Part shown: positions 35,911 to 45,532 of the stretch, one piece after another | How positions within the stretch are numbered: position 1 is the first letter of the stretch | Layout: each line of letters starts with the position of its first letter | IMG/VR virus record: IMGVR_UViG_3300037245_000806 | Span: 79,034-143,033 of that record | Source: a virus | Strand: one strand, 5' to 3' | DNA: 64,000 bases | Notes under the pieces: generated by a model | Told to the model about the DNA's origin: nothing | The model's database searches: none | The model's input: only the letters and a program-made list of their open reading frames with translations | Made by a program: the position numbers and the translations under genes

Positions 35911-36606
35911 TCACGTTGCCGCCTTGGCCTTCTTCTTCACGCGCTTCTTCTTCTTCACGTGCGTCTTCTTCTTCTTCTTCTTCTTCGCACCGGACGGGAG
36001 GGCCTTGGCTGCCCGCTCCTTCATTGCCGGGAGCTTCTTCGACAGGATATCAATGGCGGTTCGACACCGCTCGCGCGACAGAGCCTTCTCCTCTTCAGTC
36101 TCGTGCGTGGGGTCATCTTCAATCTGAATCTTGACCTCCTCGGCTGAAGCGAAGGTCAAGTTCACGTTGACAGCCGCGCGATCTGAAATCTGAACCCCGC
36201 CCTTGCCCTCGGCAGTCACGCCTATGCGATCCAGTATTTCCTTCGCGGCAGATACCTGTGTCGTAGTAGGGCCGGTCTCCATGAGAACCGGCTTCCCAGA
36301 AACATCGTTGAGGATATGGCCATTCTTGTCGCGGGCATAGATAGGACCGGCCAACGCAGCTGCCAAGACAGACGTAGCGCCGGTACCGAAGCGACCGAGC
36401 TGGCGCTTCAGCCCGTACTTCATGCGGGCGGCTAGACCTTCAGCATCCCTGAACGACTTGACAAGCTCTTCTGCTTCAAGCTTCACATCCGGGCGAGCAA
36501 AGAACTTCTCAATCTGGTCGCCATTCCAACCCTCCTCGAAAAGCGCAGAAGGGCCACGCATGAACGCCGTCTCGATAGATGTACGCTCAGTGGCATTCAA
36601 AGGCAC
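35911..36606 (-). CDS. Hypothetical protein, terminase small subunit candidate
   Basis: Immediately upstream of terL; VSAAKEILDRIG motif; poly-Lys C-terminal tail. Confidence 0.45.
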   Translation of the reverse strand: MPLNATERTSIETAFMRGPSALFEEGWNGDQIEKFFARPDVKLEAEELVKSFRDAEGLAARMKYGLKRQLGRFGTGATSVLAAALAGPIYARDKNGHILNDVSGKPVLMETGPTTTQVSAAKEILDRIGVTAEGKGGVQISDRAAVNVNLTFASAEEVKIQIEDDPTHETEEEKALSRERCRTAIDILSKKLPAMKERAAKALPSGAKKKKKKKTHVKKKKRVKKKAKAAT

Positions 36607-36627
36607 GGGCTACCCCTTGACACAGTG

Positions 36628-37050
36628 TTACGCGCTCTTACTGCGAAGGGCGCTCTTGAGGCTGGGGGAAAGCACGAACCGCACGTGCTTCCGCCGTGGT
36701 GTATCCTGCATCTCGCCGGTCTCCGGGTGACGGTACCGCGTTGGCTTCTTCATGAACGGCTCCAACGTTCCGATATTCGTCAGCGCAACCGGCTTGCCCT
36801 TACGTAGTGTGCCCCGTATCTTGTCCAGAATCAAGGCCCACAAAGACTGCGCCTCGTCACCGTCGAGCTTGAGCTTCTTGCTGAGGTATATCTCCATCCC
36901 GCGCCGGGTCAGCTTACCGCGTTTACTAAAGCCCTCACCCTTCGCTTTGGCACTGCCAGCAGATTTTCCACCGCGCTTACCACCACGCGCTCCCCGCTTG
37001 GTCGCTCCACTCGCAACAGCGGTCCGTGTTCTGGTTTTAGTGTCAGACAT
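36628..37050 (-). CDS. HU-family DNA-binding protein with a basic N-terminal extension
   Basis: GKPVALTNIGTL...RYRHPETGE...RKHVRF; strong RBS AAGGAG. Confidence 0.8.
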   Translation of the reverse strand: MSDTKTRTRTAVASGATKRGARGGKRGGKSAGSAKAKGEGFSKRGKLTRRGMEIYLSKKLKLDGDEAQSLWALILDKIRGTLRKGKPVALTNIGTLEPFMKKPTRYRHPETGEMQDTPRRKHVRFVLSPSLKSALRSKSA

Positions 37051-37454
37051 TGTGCGGTCTCCTTATCCACGACCACGTAGACCCGGCGGTGCGGTCTCGT
37101 GAAAAACATCAGCGGCGTGGCGGCCACTTTTGCAGCTTGCTTCTTGCACTGGTCCCACCAGCCCCACGGGGGCCACTTCGGGTTCATCAGGATGCCATCG
37201 AGTTCCCAACCCTTTTGACTCTTACACTCGACACAGAAGGGACAGACAATCCCCATCGCAGCCGTGTGTAGTATATCACCCTGCCCGTTCCAGTGACCCA
37301 CCAGAGGCATGCGGTCAGTCGAAGCCCGCCGGAACGGCAAGTCAAACACCGTGAACTGCTTCGTGTCAACGTACTCGTCAGACACGAGCCACACCGACAA
37401 GAGTCGGCAGACCTTGTTCTCGAAGAGGTTACCCTTTATTCGACCGTCTACCAT
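36909..37454 (-). CDS. Holliday junction resolvase-like PD-(D/E)XK nuclease
   Basis: KGNLFE...GDIL...CVECK...WWDQC...PLMFF. Confidence 0.8.
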   Translation of the reverse strand: MVDGRIKGNLFENKVCRLLSVWLVSDEYVDTKQFTVFDLPFRRASTDRMPLVGHWNGQGDILHTAAMGIVCPFCVECKSQKGWELDGILMNPKWPPWGWWDQCKKQAAKVAATPLMFFTRPHRRVYVVVDKETAQCLTLKPEHGPLLRVERPSGERVVVSAVENLLAVPKRRVRALVNAVS

Positions 37455-37472
37455 GTGTAGTTCCTTACACAC

Positions 37473-37502
37473 ACCATACCGCACCCTGTGGTGGTCCGTC
37501 AA
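37473..37502 (-). promoter_or_regulatory. Sigma70-like promoter
   Basis: TTGACG-18-TATGGT with an upstream A-tract. Confidence 0.55.
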
Positions 37503-37554
37503 GTGATTTTTTGTTGTATGACGCGGAAAATTAGGGGGGCTAATCTGTGTAGGA

Positions 37555-39564
37555 TCAGCGTTTAGAGGCCTTCTGCGGCTTCTTCTTTCTCTTCACCTTC
37601 TTGGTCACCTTCTTGACCACCTTCTTCTTCGCCTTCTTCGTCACGCCTTTGCGCTTCACGCCAAGATTCTTCGTGACGCCCTTCGCCGCACCCTCAATAA
37701 TGGCACGACCCTCCTTGTGGCACACGAGCACAACCCGGTCAGCTACGGGCTTAATCCTTTTGTCGTGCGTAATGAGCGACACGGGACATACGGCGGCGAT
37801 ACCCTGCAAAAGCTCGCAGATGGTATCGGCCCCCGCCGGGTCAAGGCCGTCAAATATCTCGTCCATGAACAACTGCGAGAAGGCGCGCACTTGTCGTGTA
37901 GACACAAGCTCCCTGAAAGCAAGGAGGAGCGACAGGTCCATGCGCTTCTTCTGACCACGTGAAGCACCGGCATAGCTCTCGGTACACTGCGGGATGGAAC
38001 CCTCGACGGTGAGATTCTCCCGCACCACGTCCTTCGTCTTGAGCGCCTTCGTGGCATTCAGCTTAACGACCGCCCCGATCCCAAGAAGCTCCTGCGCATA
38101 CGTAGTCGCCAGCCTGTTGATCTCCGGTATCTCTGCCTCGATCAAGAACGACTTGAGCCCTCGATTGCCAAAACCCTCAACCCAGAACTCTAGATCGTCT
38201 GAACGCTTCTTGACCTCTGCGTACTCTTCGTCAACCGCCTGCAAGGACTCCTCTGCCGACTCCACCGCAGTCGTTAGCTCGGTCACCTGCGTATCGACCC
38301 GCTGCTGTGCCTCCTCCATCTCAGACGCGCGAGCCTCCGCGACCTTCGCGTCATTGTTGGCAGCGTTAAGCTCCTCCTTCACGCCCTCAATCTTAGCGTA
38401 AAGCTCAGCGATTTCCGGGGGCTTCTCGGGGGCCTCGGGCTCGACGAGCTTGCCCTCTTCCTTGTCTATGCCTGCGAGCTTGGTCACACAACACTTAACT
38501 GACTTCTCTGCGACCTCGATCTCCTCGACGTAGCGCTTGCCGCATTCGTCCGCGCGCTTCTTCGCCAGCTTCTGCTCACACTCCGGGCAATTCTTCCCGG
38601 CGAGCTTGTCAAACTTCGCCTTCTTCTTGAGCGCAGCAGACTGCTTGGTCTTCAGCCCCGCGCGCTCCTGCTTGACGCGCATGCGCTTCTGCGACAACGC
38701 CAGCAACGCATCGTCGTACTCCTCGTGCGCTTCGTCGTACTGTACGACTGCCTCGTCATGTGCGGCCACGTTCAGGTCGTGGACATCCGTCAACGTGTCC
38801 CTTTGCTTGACGTGCTTCGTCGCCGTCTTCCGAAGACGCTTCGCCTCCAACCTGAGTCGCTTTGCCTTGAACTCAACATCGTCTTCCTTCTCAGCGGTGA
38901 GGAAGGAGTTCAAAAGCTGTCGCCGCTCCCCGATGGTGCCCTGAAGCCTTGTACGTTGTAGTGTCAAGCGCTCAACATCTTCGGACACTTCAGTCAGCAT
39001 CTTCCGGGCAAGCTTCTCTGCGCTCGAATACAGTTCCAGCCCGAGGATGCGCTCAAGCACCTTCTTCCGGTCGCTGTCGGTTGCTGCGAAGAAGCTCTTG
39101 ATATCCTCGTGAACGCCGAAAGCCACTGAGTTGCAGAAGGACGTGAAGTCCATCCCGACGAGCTTCGCTATCGCCAGCGTCGTGGCACCGTTCGTGCCCC
39201 GCGTCTTGTTCTTGCCGTTGACGTAGAGGAGTACCTTGTCACCGTTCATGGGGTGCTTCCGGTACCTGACGATCTTGATAGCCGCTGGGCCACCGACAAG
39301 GTTGACTTCGACCGAGCAACCGGCCTTCGACGCGAGGTGTATCACCTCGTTACCCTTGTACTTCTCGCGTATACACCGACCGAAGAGCGCCCATGCAGGG
39401 CCGTCGAACAGGAAGGACTTGCCCGCGCCATTCGAGTTGCAACCACGCTTGCCTTCGATGGAGCCCTCAATGACAGTGAGGCCCGGCGTATCGAAGTCAT
39501 GCGTCACATTCTCGAAGGGGCCAAAGTTCTTGTAGTTGACAACGCCTATACGGTATCCGGTCAT
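37555..39564 (-). CDS. SbcC/Rad50/gp46-like recombination ATPase
   Basis: NGAGKS Walker A, coiled coil with CPEC zinc hook, SRGQKKR signature, LFMDEIFDGLD, LITH. Confidence 0.92.
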   Translation of the reverse strand: MTGYRIGVVNYKNFGPFENVTHDFDTPGLTVIEGSIEGKRGCNSNGAGKSFLFDGPAWALFGRCIREKYKGNEVIHLASKAGCSVEVNLVGGPAAIKIVRYRKHPMNGDKVLLYVNGKNKTRGTNGATTLAIAKLVGMDFTSFCNSVAFGVHEDIKSFFAATDSDRKKVLERILGLELYSSAEKLARKMLTEVSEDVERLTLQRTRLQGTIGERRQLLNSFLTAEKEDDVEFKAKRLRLEAKRLRKTATKHVKQRDTLTDVHDLNVAAHDEAVVQYDEAHEEYDDALLALSQKRMRVKQERAGLKTKQSAALKKKAKFDKLAGKNCPECEQKLAKKRADECGKRYVEEIEVAEKSVKCCVTKLAGIDKEEGKLVEPEAPEKPPEIAELYAKIEGVKEELNAANNDAKVAEARASEMEEAQQRVDTQVTELTTAVESAEESLQAVDEEYAEVKKRSDDLEFWVEGFGNRGLKSFLIEAEIPEINRLATTYAQELLGIGAVVKLNATKALKTKDVVRENLTVEGSIPQCTESYAGASRGQKKRMDLSLLLAFRELVSTRQVRAFSQLFMDEIFDGLDPAGADTICELLQGIAAVCPVSLITHDKRIKPVADRVVLVCHKEGRAIIEGAAKGVTKNLGVKRKGVTKKAKKKVVKKVTKKVKRKKKPQKASKR

Positions 39565-39701
39565 CGCTTACTCCCAAAGTTGATCCTGAGCCCAAGCCAA
39601 AAGAACGGTTGCAGGTACAGGTGCTTGTGCCGCCGGTCGTAGTAATACCCGAACCAGCCATCGTACCACGCCACGTACAGCTTGAAGCGCCAGAGCTTCA
39701 T
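39561..39701 (-). CDS. 46-aa aromatic-rich hypothetical protein
   Basis: Read by hand: MKLWRFKLYVAWYDGWFGYYYDRRHKHLYLQPFFWLGLRINFGSKR; ATGA coupling at both ends. Confidence 0.65.
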   Translation of the reverse strand: MKLWRFKLYVAWYDGWFGYYYDRRHKHLYLQPFFWLGLRINFGSKR

Positions 39702-40303
39702 CGTTCACTCCGAAGCTTCTTGAAGAAGCCCACCAGCGTGGTGAACATCTCCTGCTCTGGCGGGAGCCTGTTGGGTGCATACCACCCCCACCCGTCGCAC
39801 AGGTCGGGCTCCTCATTCACCGGATTCTGATGCGCCGTGCAGCCCATGAAAATCACCGGCTGGCAGATACCAGCATCCGGGCGAACATCATCCTGCACGT
39901 CAATCACGTGAAGATTGTACAGACGATAAATGCCCGTCTCTTCCCTCACCTCGCGGCGCGCGCATACCCCGATGGACTCACCACGTCGCATGTGCCCGCC
40001 GGGTAGTCCGAAGAGCCCTGACCCTTCAGCATCCTTGCCACGTCGCCCAAGGAGCACCTTGCCCGTGGCCTTGTACTGAATCGCCACAGCCACAATGACA
40101 TCCGGGCGCTCGACTGCGTTGTCGCGCTCGACAAGCGCACGGTCCACCATACGAGTCAGCGCGCCAACAGCGTCCTGCTCCTCCGGGTGACGCTCCAAGA
40201 AGCCCTCAGTCAAGTCGAGTAGTAGCTTGGCCTCCTCGTACTCAGGAGTACCTTCAAGCCGTTCGACTTCTCCCTTGAACCACTCGGACATCTTGCGTTC
40301 CAT
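39698..40303 (-). CDS. Nudix hydrolase with a helical N-terminal extension
   Basis: LPGGHMRRGESIGVCARREVREETG Nudix box; NEEPDLCDGWGW. Confidence 0.85.
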   Translation of the reverse strand: MERKMSEWFKGEVERLEGTPEYEEAKLLLDLTEGFLERHPEEQDAVGALTRMVDRALVERDNAVERPDVIVAVAIQYKATGKVLLGRRGKDAEGSGLFGLPGGHMRRGESIGVCARREVREETGIYRLYNLHVIDVQDDVRPDAGICQPVIFMGCTAHQNPVNEEPDLCDGWGWYAPNRLPPEQEMFTTLVGFFKKLRSER

Positions 40304-40311
40304 CGCGCCCC

Positions 40312-40842
40312 CTAGAAGATATTCGATATGAACCAATCGCGGTCCGCACGCCGCCCAAGGCAGGCCACGGCATTCTGCGCCGTCATCCGTGCCATCTTCT
40401 CGACGAAGGGGCGGTACTGCATACGACCACAGGTGAGCGTGACACTGACCTTGGCAATCCTGCCGTTGGGGTCATCGTGGATGAGGCGCTCCAAGGCGTA
40501 CTCGCGCGCTTGCAGCTTGTCGTACATCTCGTCACGCGAACATATCGAGGCAGCGAACGTGTACACGCCGTCCACCTCACGCATGACAACGCAGACGCCC
40601 CCGTGGCCGTCACGCATCGGGTTGTATATCGACCTGTAGTGGAAGTACCTGACACCCTCGACCGAGTTGACGCTGGCCTTCTTCTTGTCGCGCTCAGCCT
40701 TCCTGCGTGCGTGCTTCGCGTTGAGCACCTTGCGCTTCTCGGCGGTGCGCGCCAGACTTGCGCCCTTCTCAGCAAGCCACTGCGAAAGGGCCACCTCAGC
40801 CGACAGACTGCGCCAAGCCTTACTCTGGTCTTCGGACGTCAT
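40312..40842 (-). CDS. Hypothetical protein
   Basis: GGVCVV...SICSRDEMYDK..ARE.AL.R pattern; coupled ORF. Confidence 0.65.
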   Translation of the reverse strand: MTSEDQSKAWRSLSAEVALSQWLAEKGASLARTAEKRKVLNAKHARRKAERDKKKASVNSVEGVRYFHYRSIYNPMRDGHGGVCVVMREVDGVYTFAASICSRDEMYDKLQAREYALERLIHDDPNGRIAKVSVTLTCGRMQYRPFVEKMARMTAQNAVACLGRRADRDWFISNIF

Positions 40843-41324
40843 GCCTTTTTCCCTTCTGCTTTGTCACTCAGCCATCGAGCGATAGCCTCGGTCTGTGTCA
40901 TCACTATCTCCCCGGCAACATAGCCCCATATGGGAAGCTCCCCACCGGAGACCATCGAAGGCCACCAGTTGTCCATCCAATCTTCGAGGAGCTTCCGGTG
41001 ACACACCCCGTAGTGCTGCGCGACCGGGCGCAGCAGAAACGCAATCCACTTCTGCCACGTGTCCAGCTGATACCGGTGAATCATCCCGGCAGGCGGCATG
41101 TGCATGAGCATCTCTTCGAGCCCGACGAGCGCGAAGAGTTCGTTATCCTCCTTGTCAAGAGGATCGTCACCCGGATTCGGGGGCTTCAGCGGAAAGAGGC
41201 AGTTGTCAATCAGCAGCCCCTCGTGCTCCGCGCCCTCGGTGATCCCCTTGACCACGCGGAATTCCTTGTGCGTGTCGAGACCTGCTTTCATGATCTCGTG
41301 GGCGATCTTCTCTGGACCCGTCAT
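40839..41324 (-). CDS. Hypothetical protein
   Basis: 161 aa; ATGA coupling at both ends. Confidence 0.65.
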   Translation of the reverse strand: MTGPEKIAHEIMKAGLDTHKEFRVVKGITEGAEHEGLLIDNCLFPLKPPNPGDDPLDKEDNELFALVGLEEMLMHMPPAGMIHRYQLDTWQKWIAFLLRPVAQHYGVCHRKLLEDWMDNWWPSMVSGGELPIWGYVAGEIVMTQTEAIARWLSDKAEGKKA

Positions 41325-41713
41325 CCTTGGGCCTCATCCTTCACCTTGAGGAAGTAGCGCCGCTTGAACTCCTCCACGGTGAAATGGAAGACGTCCGAAC
41401 GCTTCTTGCCGGGCCACTGGCAGAGCACCTGCGTCTGGGGCTCGTACTGCGATGCCAGCCTCTCTGCACTCCTCTCCGTGGTGACGAGCCCTGCGGGCGT
41501 TATCACAATGAACGCATTGTGTAGCCGCTTTTCGCACGTCAGGGTATCGGTCAGCCTGAAGAAGTCTTCCAAGTCATGCCGAACGCCCGAGAATATCAGC
41601 GTCGTGGACGAGAGAGGCACAGGCGTAACCGGCTTGGCCTTCTTCGGCGCAACCTTCTTCTTCTTGGCAACCTTCTTCTTCGGCCCCTTGGCCTTCTTCT
41701 TCTTCGCACTCAT
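41321..41713 (-). CDS. Hypothetical protein with a Lys-rich N-terminal tail
   Basis: MSAKKKKAKGPKKKVAKKKK...QWPGKKRSDVF. Confidence 0.65.
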   Translation of the reverse strand: MSAKKKKAKGPKKKVAKKKKVAPKKAKPVTPVPLSSTTLIFSGVRHDLEDFFRLTDTLTCEKRLHNAFIVITPAGLVTTERSAERLASQYEPQTQVLCQWPGKKRSDVFHFTVEEFKRRYFLKVKDEAQG

Positions 41714-42705
41714 CCCTTTGCCCCTTTCAAGATTTCGAGCCCCAATTCAAGAAGCTCAGCCTCGTCACGTCCCTGAAACTCCATGTAGCGTCCAAGGACT
41801 TCCTCGTTCGTGTCCTTCGTGTGAACTGCAATCCGTGGTGCCTGCTCGTCGGTCTCGACGAGCGTGCCCTCGACCCAGCCGGTCTTACCCTGTGCGGCCT
41901 CAATAGCTGCAAGAGCGGCCTTGGGGTCAGAGGTCTTAACCCGCACGAAGTCACGCTTCCCCACCTGCGACACGTCGTCGTCAACCAAGATATGAAACTC
42001 GGGACTCACGTTGTTGTAATGGCACTTCCACTTGCCCGTCTTCGAGTCCACCACATAGAAGCCGCGCTTCTGCCCGGCGTCCCTGAAGTCGATCTGAAGC
42101 GGCGAGCCCACGTAGCGTACATTCGGAGTAATCACCTTGGGCTCGTGGACGTCACCAAGGAAGACGTGCCTGAACCGCTTCGGGCACAGGTACGAGAGCG
42201 GCACACCCTTGCCTTTGTAGCCTGCCTCCTCAAGGAGCACGTGGCTCAGGAGGTATTCGGACCCGTGCTTCTTTGACATTGTGTCAACGGCCTTGCGGTA
42301 CGCGTCGATGTCCTCAGTCCATGGGACCAGCAGGAACTCATCGAAGGTATCCGGCGTCTCGATCACGTGCGTATAGCCCCGGAAGACCTGAAGGCTATTT
42401 CGTTCCGGTGACCGCAGCAGCGCGTCGTGGTTCCCAACGAGCACCACGACATTCTCCAACACCGTCGCGGCCTCATAGAACTCCCGGCATACAATGTCGA
42501 GCACGCCGAGCGGAATCTCCGTGCGCGAGTTGAATATGTCGCCTATGACGAATATACCTTCGCAGCCTTCCGCAACGCTCGTCTTGACGATCCAGCGCCA
42601 GCACTCAATAAGGTCGATCAGGCGCGTAGTCAGCCCGCTGGGGTGCAACGTCGAGAGGCGTGAGTATTCATCAAATTGCAGGTCTGCCGTGATAGCCCAC
42701 TTCAT
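41710..42705 (-). CDS. SbcD/Mre11/gp47-like metallophosphoesterase nuclease
   Basis: TADLQ, IGDIF, VGNHD, LSH, LGDVH and YVGSPLQIDFRD motifs. Confidence 0.9.
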   Translation of the reverse strand: MKWAITADLQFDEYSRLSTLHPSGLTTRLIDLIECWRWIVKTSVAEGCEGIFVIGDIFNSRTEIPLGVLDIVCREFYEAATVLENVVVLVGNHDALLRSPERNSLQVFRGYTHVIETPDTFDEFLLVPWTEDIDAYRKAVDTMSKKHGSEYLLSHVLLEEAGYKGKGVPLSYLCPKRFRHVFLGDVHEPKVITPNVRYVGSPLQIDFRDAGQKRGFYVVDSKTGKWKCHYNNVSPEFHILVDDDVSQVGKRDFVRVKTSDPKAALAAIEAAQGKTGWVEGTLVETDEQAPRIAVHTKDTNEEVLGRYMEFQGRDEAELLELGLEILKGAKG

Positions 42706-43370
42706 GCCAACATCCCTTCAATGCGCGGGAGGAACGCAGCCACTGTCGGAATCAGCTGCTTCAAGTCACGCAGCGCCTTCGCGTCAAACCAGTACCATTC
42801 ATCCGTCTTGTCCTTCTCCTTCGAGAAAGGCACCACACCGTCAGGCACGTAACAGCGGACCAGCGCGGCAATGTAGTGATGGTCTTCACCATCGACCACG
42901 TGCTCATTCCAGCCGATCAACTCCGTGCCCGTCGCGACCAGACCGGTCTCCTCCTCAAGCTCCCGGCACGCGGTCTTCTCAGCGCTCTCACGCCACTCCA
43001 CGTGCCCGCCCGGAGGAGCCCACCAGCCTTTCAAGCCACCGGCCAGCCGCTTCCCCAACAGGATACGCCCGCCCGAGATCACCAAGCAACCAGCGCCCAC
43101 CTTCGGCTGTTTCAGACCATCGCGGTCGTCGCCGCGCCAGTGGTTGCGAAGCCCGTTGATACACGCGCCTGTATGCCACGCGCACAGAAGCATGATCCCC
43201 CACTGCTTGTTCAAGTAGGTAGTGATCCACCAGAAAGGTTGGTTCAACAGACTCGCCAAGAAACCCCACCGCTTCACCTTCCGGCGCTTCATACTGACCA
43301 AGAGTGCGCCAGTAGTGCCAAGGATCACGATGCCAATCTGGCATATGAGTTCAAGCGTCTTCACAGTCAC
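42702..43370 (-). CDS. Three-TM (PnuC-like half) domain fused to a Nudix hydrolase
   Basis: RWGFLASLLNQPFW....KQWG hydrophobic N-domain; PPGGHVEWRESAEKTACRELEEETG Nudix box; GTG start after GGAGG. Confidence 0.75.
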   Translation of the reverse strand: MTVKTLELICQIGIVILGTTGALLVSMKRRKVKRWGFLASLLNQPFWWITTYLNKQWGIMLLCAWHTGACINGLRNHWRGDDRDGLKQPKVGAGCLVISGGRILLGKRLAGGLKGWWAPPGGHVEWRESAEKTACRELEEETGLVATGTELIGWNEHVVDGEDHHYIAALVRCYVPDGVVPFSKEKDKTDEWYWFDAKALRDLKQLIPTVAAFLPRIEGMLA

Positions 43371-43371
43371 A

Positions 43372-44640
43372 TCAAACCTCCACGCTCTTGCAATACGCCA
43401 CGATGGCTGGGTCAACACTGACGTGCCGCGCCTGCATGGGCTCTGTGAGTCTGAGCCCTGCGAGCGAACGCACACGCGAAAGCGCCACGTATGCCTGCCC
43501 CGGCGCGAAGCACTCGGACACGTCGCATTCGAGTAGATCGAGCGTCATGCCCTGAGACTTGTGAATCGTCAGAGCCCACGCGAGCTTGACGGGGAATTGC
43601 TTGAGACTGGCCAGCTGCTTATCGTTGGCGTCCTTCAAATCCCACGTCATTGGAACAACCCCGACGACATTTCCATCAGGCTTCCGCACCCATATCGTGT
43701 CGTCGTCCATCCGTTCTACGACGCCACGCTCCCCGTTCACAAATTCACGCTCGTAGTCATTCCACAGGAAGATCACCGGGGCACCGACCTTCAATTCGAG
43801 GAACGTCTCGGCGAGGCAGTCACGCACCAAACGCTCCGCGTACTGGTCCTCACCCCAAAGCTCAGCCTCATACTCCTTGGCCTCACCCTCGAACGCCTTG
43901 AGGTGCTGATAATTCACCATGGACGCGGCGTCATTGCGTGCGTATAAGCACGTAGGCTCATCACCATCACCCAACTCGGCACCAACACGGGAATTGAAAT
44001 ACGCTAGGACTGAGGCGTCAGTGTTGCCATACCGAACACGACTAAGCGCGGCGACAAACTCAGCGTCGTCCTGTCGGAAGACTTTGGACAGCACGTGGAC
44101 TTCAGGCTCGACCAACAGCCATGAGGATGCCTGAAACGCATACGGGTACTCGACCTCGTCGGCACGCTTGGAGACCGGAGGGAGTTGCAAGAAGTCACCC
44201 GTGAAGATTACCTGAATCCCCCCAAAAGGCTTCTTGGAGACCCGTATTCGCTTGAGCCAGAAGTTTATCATGTCGATGTAGTCACCAGAAAGCATGGAGA
44301 CCTCGTCGATGATGAGCACCTGACAGGCCTTCACGCGCTCACACATCTCGCCGAAGTTCTTCACCCGGCGGCTGTTCAGGAGCACACTAGCTTCCGCCTT
44401 GTTCTTCTTGATCTGTGTCCCGAGCCACGAGTGAATCGTGCAGCCACTCACGCGGATAGCTGCAATGCCCGTGGACGCGGTGACGGCAACCCGCTTGGTC
44501 CCGCCAAGCTGCTCGATGATCTCCTCGACCAGCACTGACTTCCCCGTCCCGCCGGGTCCAGTGATGAAGATATTCCTACCCGCAAGCGCTGCGGCGAGCG
44601 CGGCCTCTTGGCCGTCGCTGAGTACAATTTTAGACCCCAT
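43372..44640 (-). CDS. Pif1/RecD-like SF1B helicase
   Basis: ITGPGGTGKS, ASTGIAA, IIDEVSM, GDFLQLPPV, AWALTIHKSQGMTL and GQAYVALSR motifs. Confidence 0.93.
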   Translation of the reverse strand: MGSKIVLSDGQEAALAAALAGRNIFITGPGGTGKSVLVEEIIEQLGGTKRVAVTASTGIAAIRVSGCTIHSWLGTQIKKNKAEASVLLNSRRVKNFGEMCERVKACQVLIIDEVSMLSGDYIDMINFWLKRIRVSKKPFGGIQVIFTGDFLQLPPVSKRADEVEYPYAFQASSWLLVEPEVHVLSKVFRQDDAEFVAALSRVRYGNTDASVLAYFNSRVGAELGDGDEPTCLYARNDAASMVNYQHLKAFEGEAKEYEAELWGEDQYAERLVRDCLAETFLELKVGAPVIFLWNDYEREFVNGERGVVERMDDDTIWVRKPDGNVVGVVPMTWDLKDANDKQLASLKQFPVKLAWALTIHKSQGMTLDLLECDVSECFAPGQAYVALSRVRSLAGLRLTEPMQARHVSVDPAIVAYCKSVEV

Positions 44641-45037
44641 CTGGTAACTCCTCCACAACGTGTACAGGGATATTAAGCGGTCCAGTGAACTGCGGCGCTT
44701 TCAGGTACGCATGCCCGGTCTCGTAGTTATAGTGGAAGCCGCCGCCAAGCTGACGCACTGTCGCGCCAAACACTTGCAGCAAATCCCATACGTCCAAAGT
44801 GCTGAGTTCGCCCTCCTTCGGGAGTCGCGTCGATGCGCCCCGAAGCGCTTTCTCCGCGAAGGCGCTCGCCCAACACGCCCGGCAGCAATCACCAGACTCG
44901 ACGTCCTCAGGCTTGCACGGGCCTCTTGGTGCGAGGAGATTACTGCACTCCCACTTCACCATCTCCGTGAGGTCTGCGCGCCTGACGGCGAGGAGCCTAC
45001 GTGGGTTCTTTTGTTCGTTCTTCATATACCAATCCAA
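44630..45037 (-). CDS. Cys-rich hypothetical protein (paralog 1)
   Basis: WEC......GPC.P..V..GDCC.AC...AFAE motif shared with the neighbouring gene. Confidence 0.65.
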   Translation of the reverse strand: MDWYMKNEQKNPRRLLAVRRADLTEMVKWECSNLLAPRGPCKPEDVESGDCCRACWASAFAEKALRGASTRLPKEGELSTLDVWDLLQVFGATVRQLGGGFHYNYETGHAYLKAPQFTGPLNIPVHVVEELPDGV

Positions 45038-45365
45038 TGGGCATCACCACGTAGCGCCGCATCGCACCTATCCCGGCCTTCTCGACCGCATCATCTTCCG
45101 CCTGTGTCCGTGTCGAATGTACGCCTTTGAATTCGAGCGAATTCGCAACAAGCTCGAAAACAGCATGCCTCCGCAACACGAGCACGTGGGGAGGCCTGTC
45201 AGCTTCTAGCAGCATCCGCTCTGCGAACGCACGCCCCTTGCACGCACAGCAGCAATCGCCAGCGCTTACAGCGTCCGGGGTACACGGCCCCTGCTTCGCA
45301 GGATGCTCGCACTTCCACCGCGACATCCGCACGAGGTCGTCACGCTCGATCTCAACCTTGGGCAT
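44997..45365 (-). CDS. Cys-rich hypothetical protein (paralog 2)
   Basis: WKC.....GPCTP..V..GDCCCAC...AFAE; RBS AAGGAGGAG. Confidence 0.65.
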   Translation of the reverse strand: MPKVEIERDDLVRMSRWKCEHPAKQGPCTPDAVSAGDCCCACKGRAFAERMLLEADRPPHVLVLRRHAVFELVANSLEFKGVHSTRTQAEDDAVEKAGIGAMRRYVVMPIGLVYEERTKEPT

Positions 45366-45528
45366 TCTTCTCCTCCTTGAGTATAGACCCGAGCGTCGGG
45401 AGCGAGAGCGCAATAGGCCACGTCGCCCACCACGGGTGGTCGCACAGTATGAGGGCCAGAGCGGTTGCAGAAAGACCGAGGAGGCAGATGGTCAGTGCCG
45501 CGTAGCGTGCGCCGAGTCGTCGTAACAC
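45352..45528 (-). CDS. 58-aa membrane protein
   Basis: Read by hand: the GTG inside the palindrome starts MLRRLGARYAALTICLLGLSATALALILCDHPWWATWPIALSLPTLGSILKEEKNAQG, which fills the gap. Confidence 0.45.
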   Translation of the reverse strand: MLRRLGARYAALTICLLGLSATALALILCDHPWWATWPIALSLPTLGSILKEEKNAQG

Positions 45529-45532
45529 AGTG

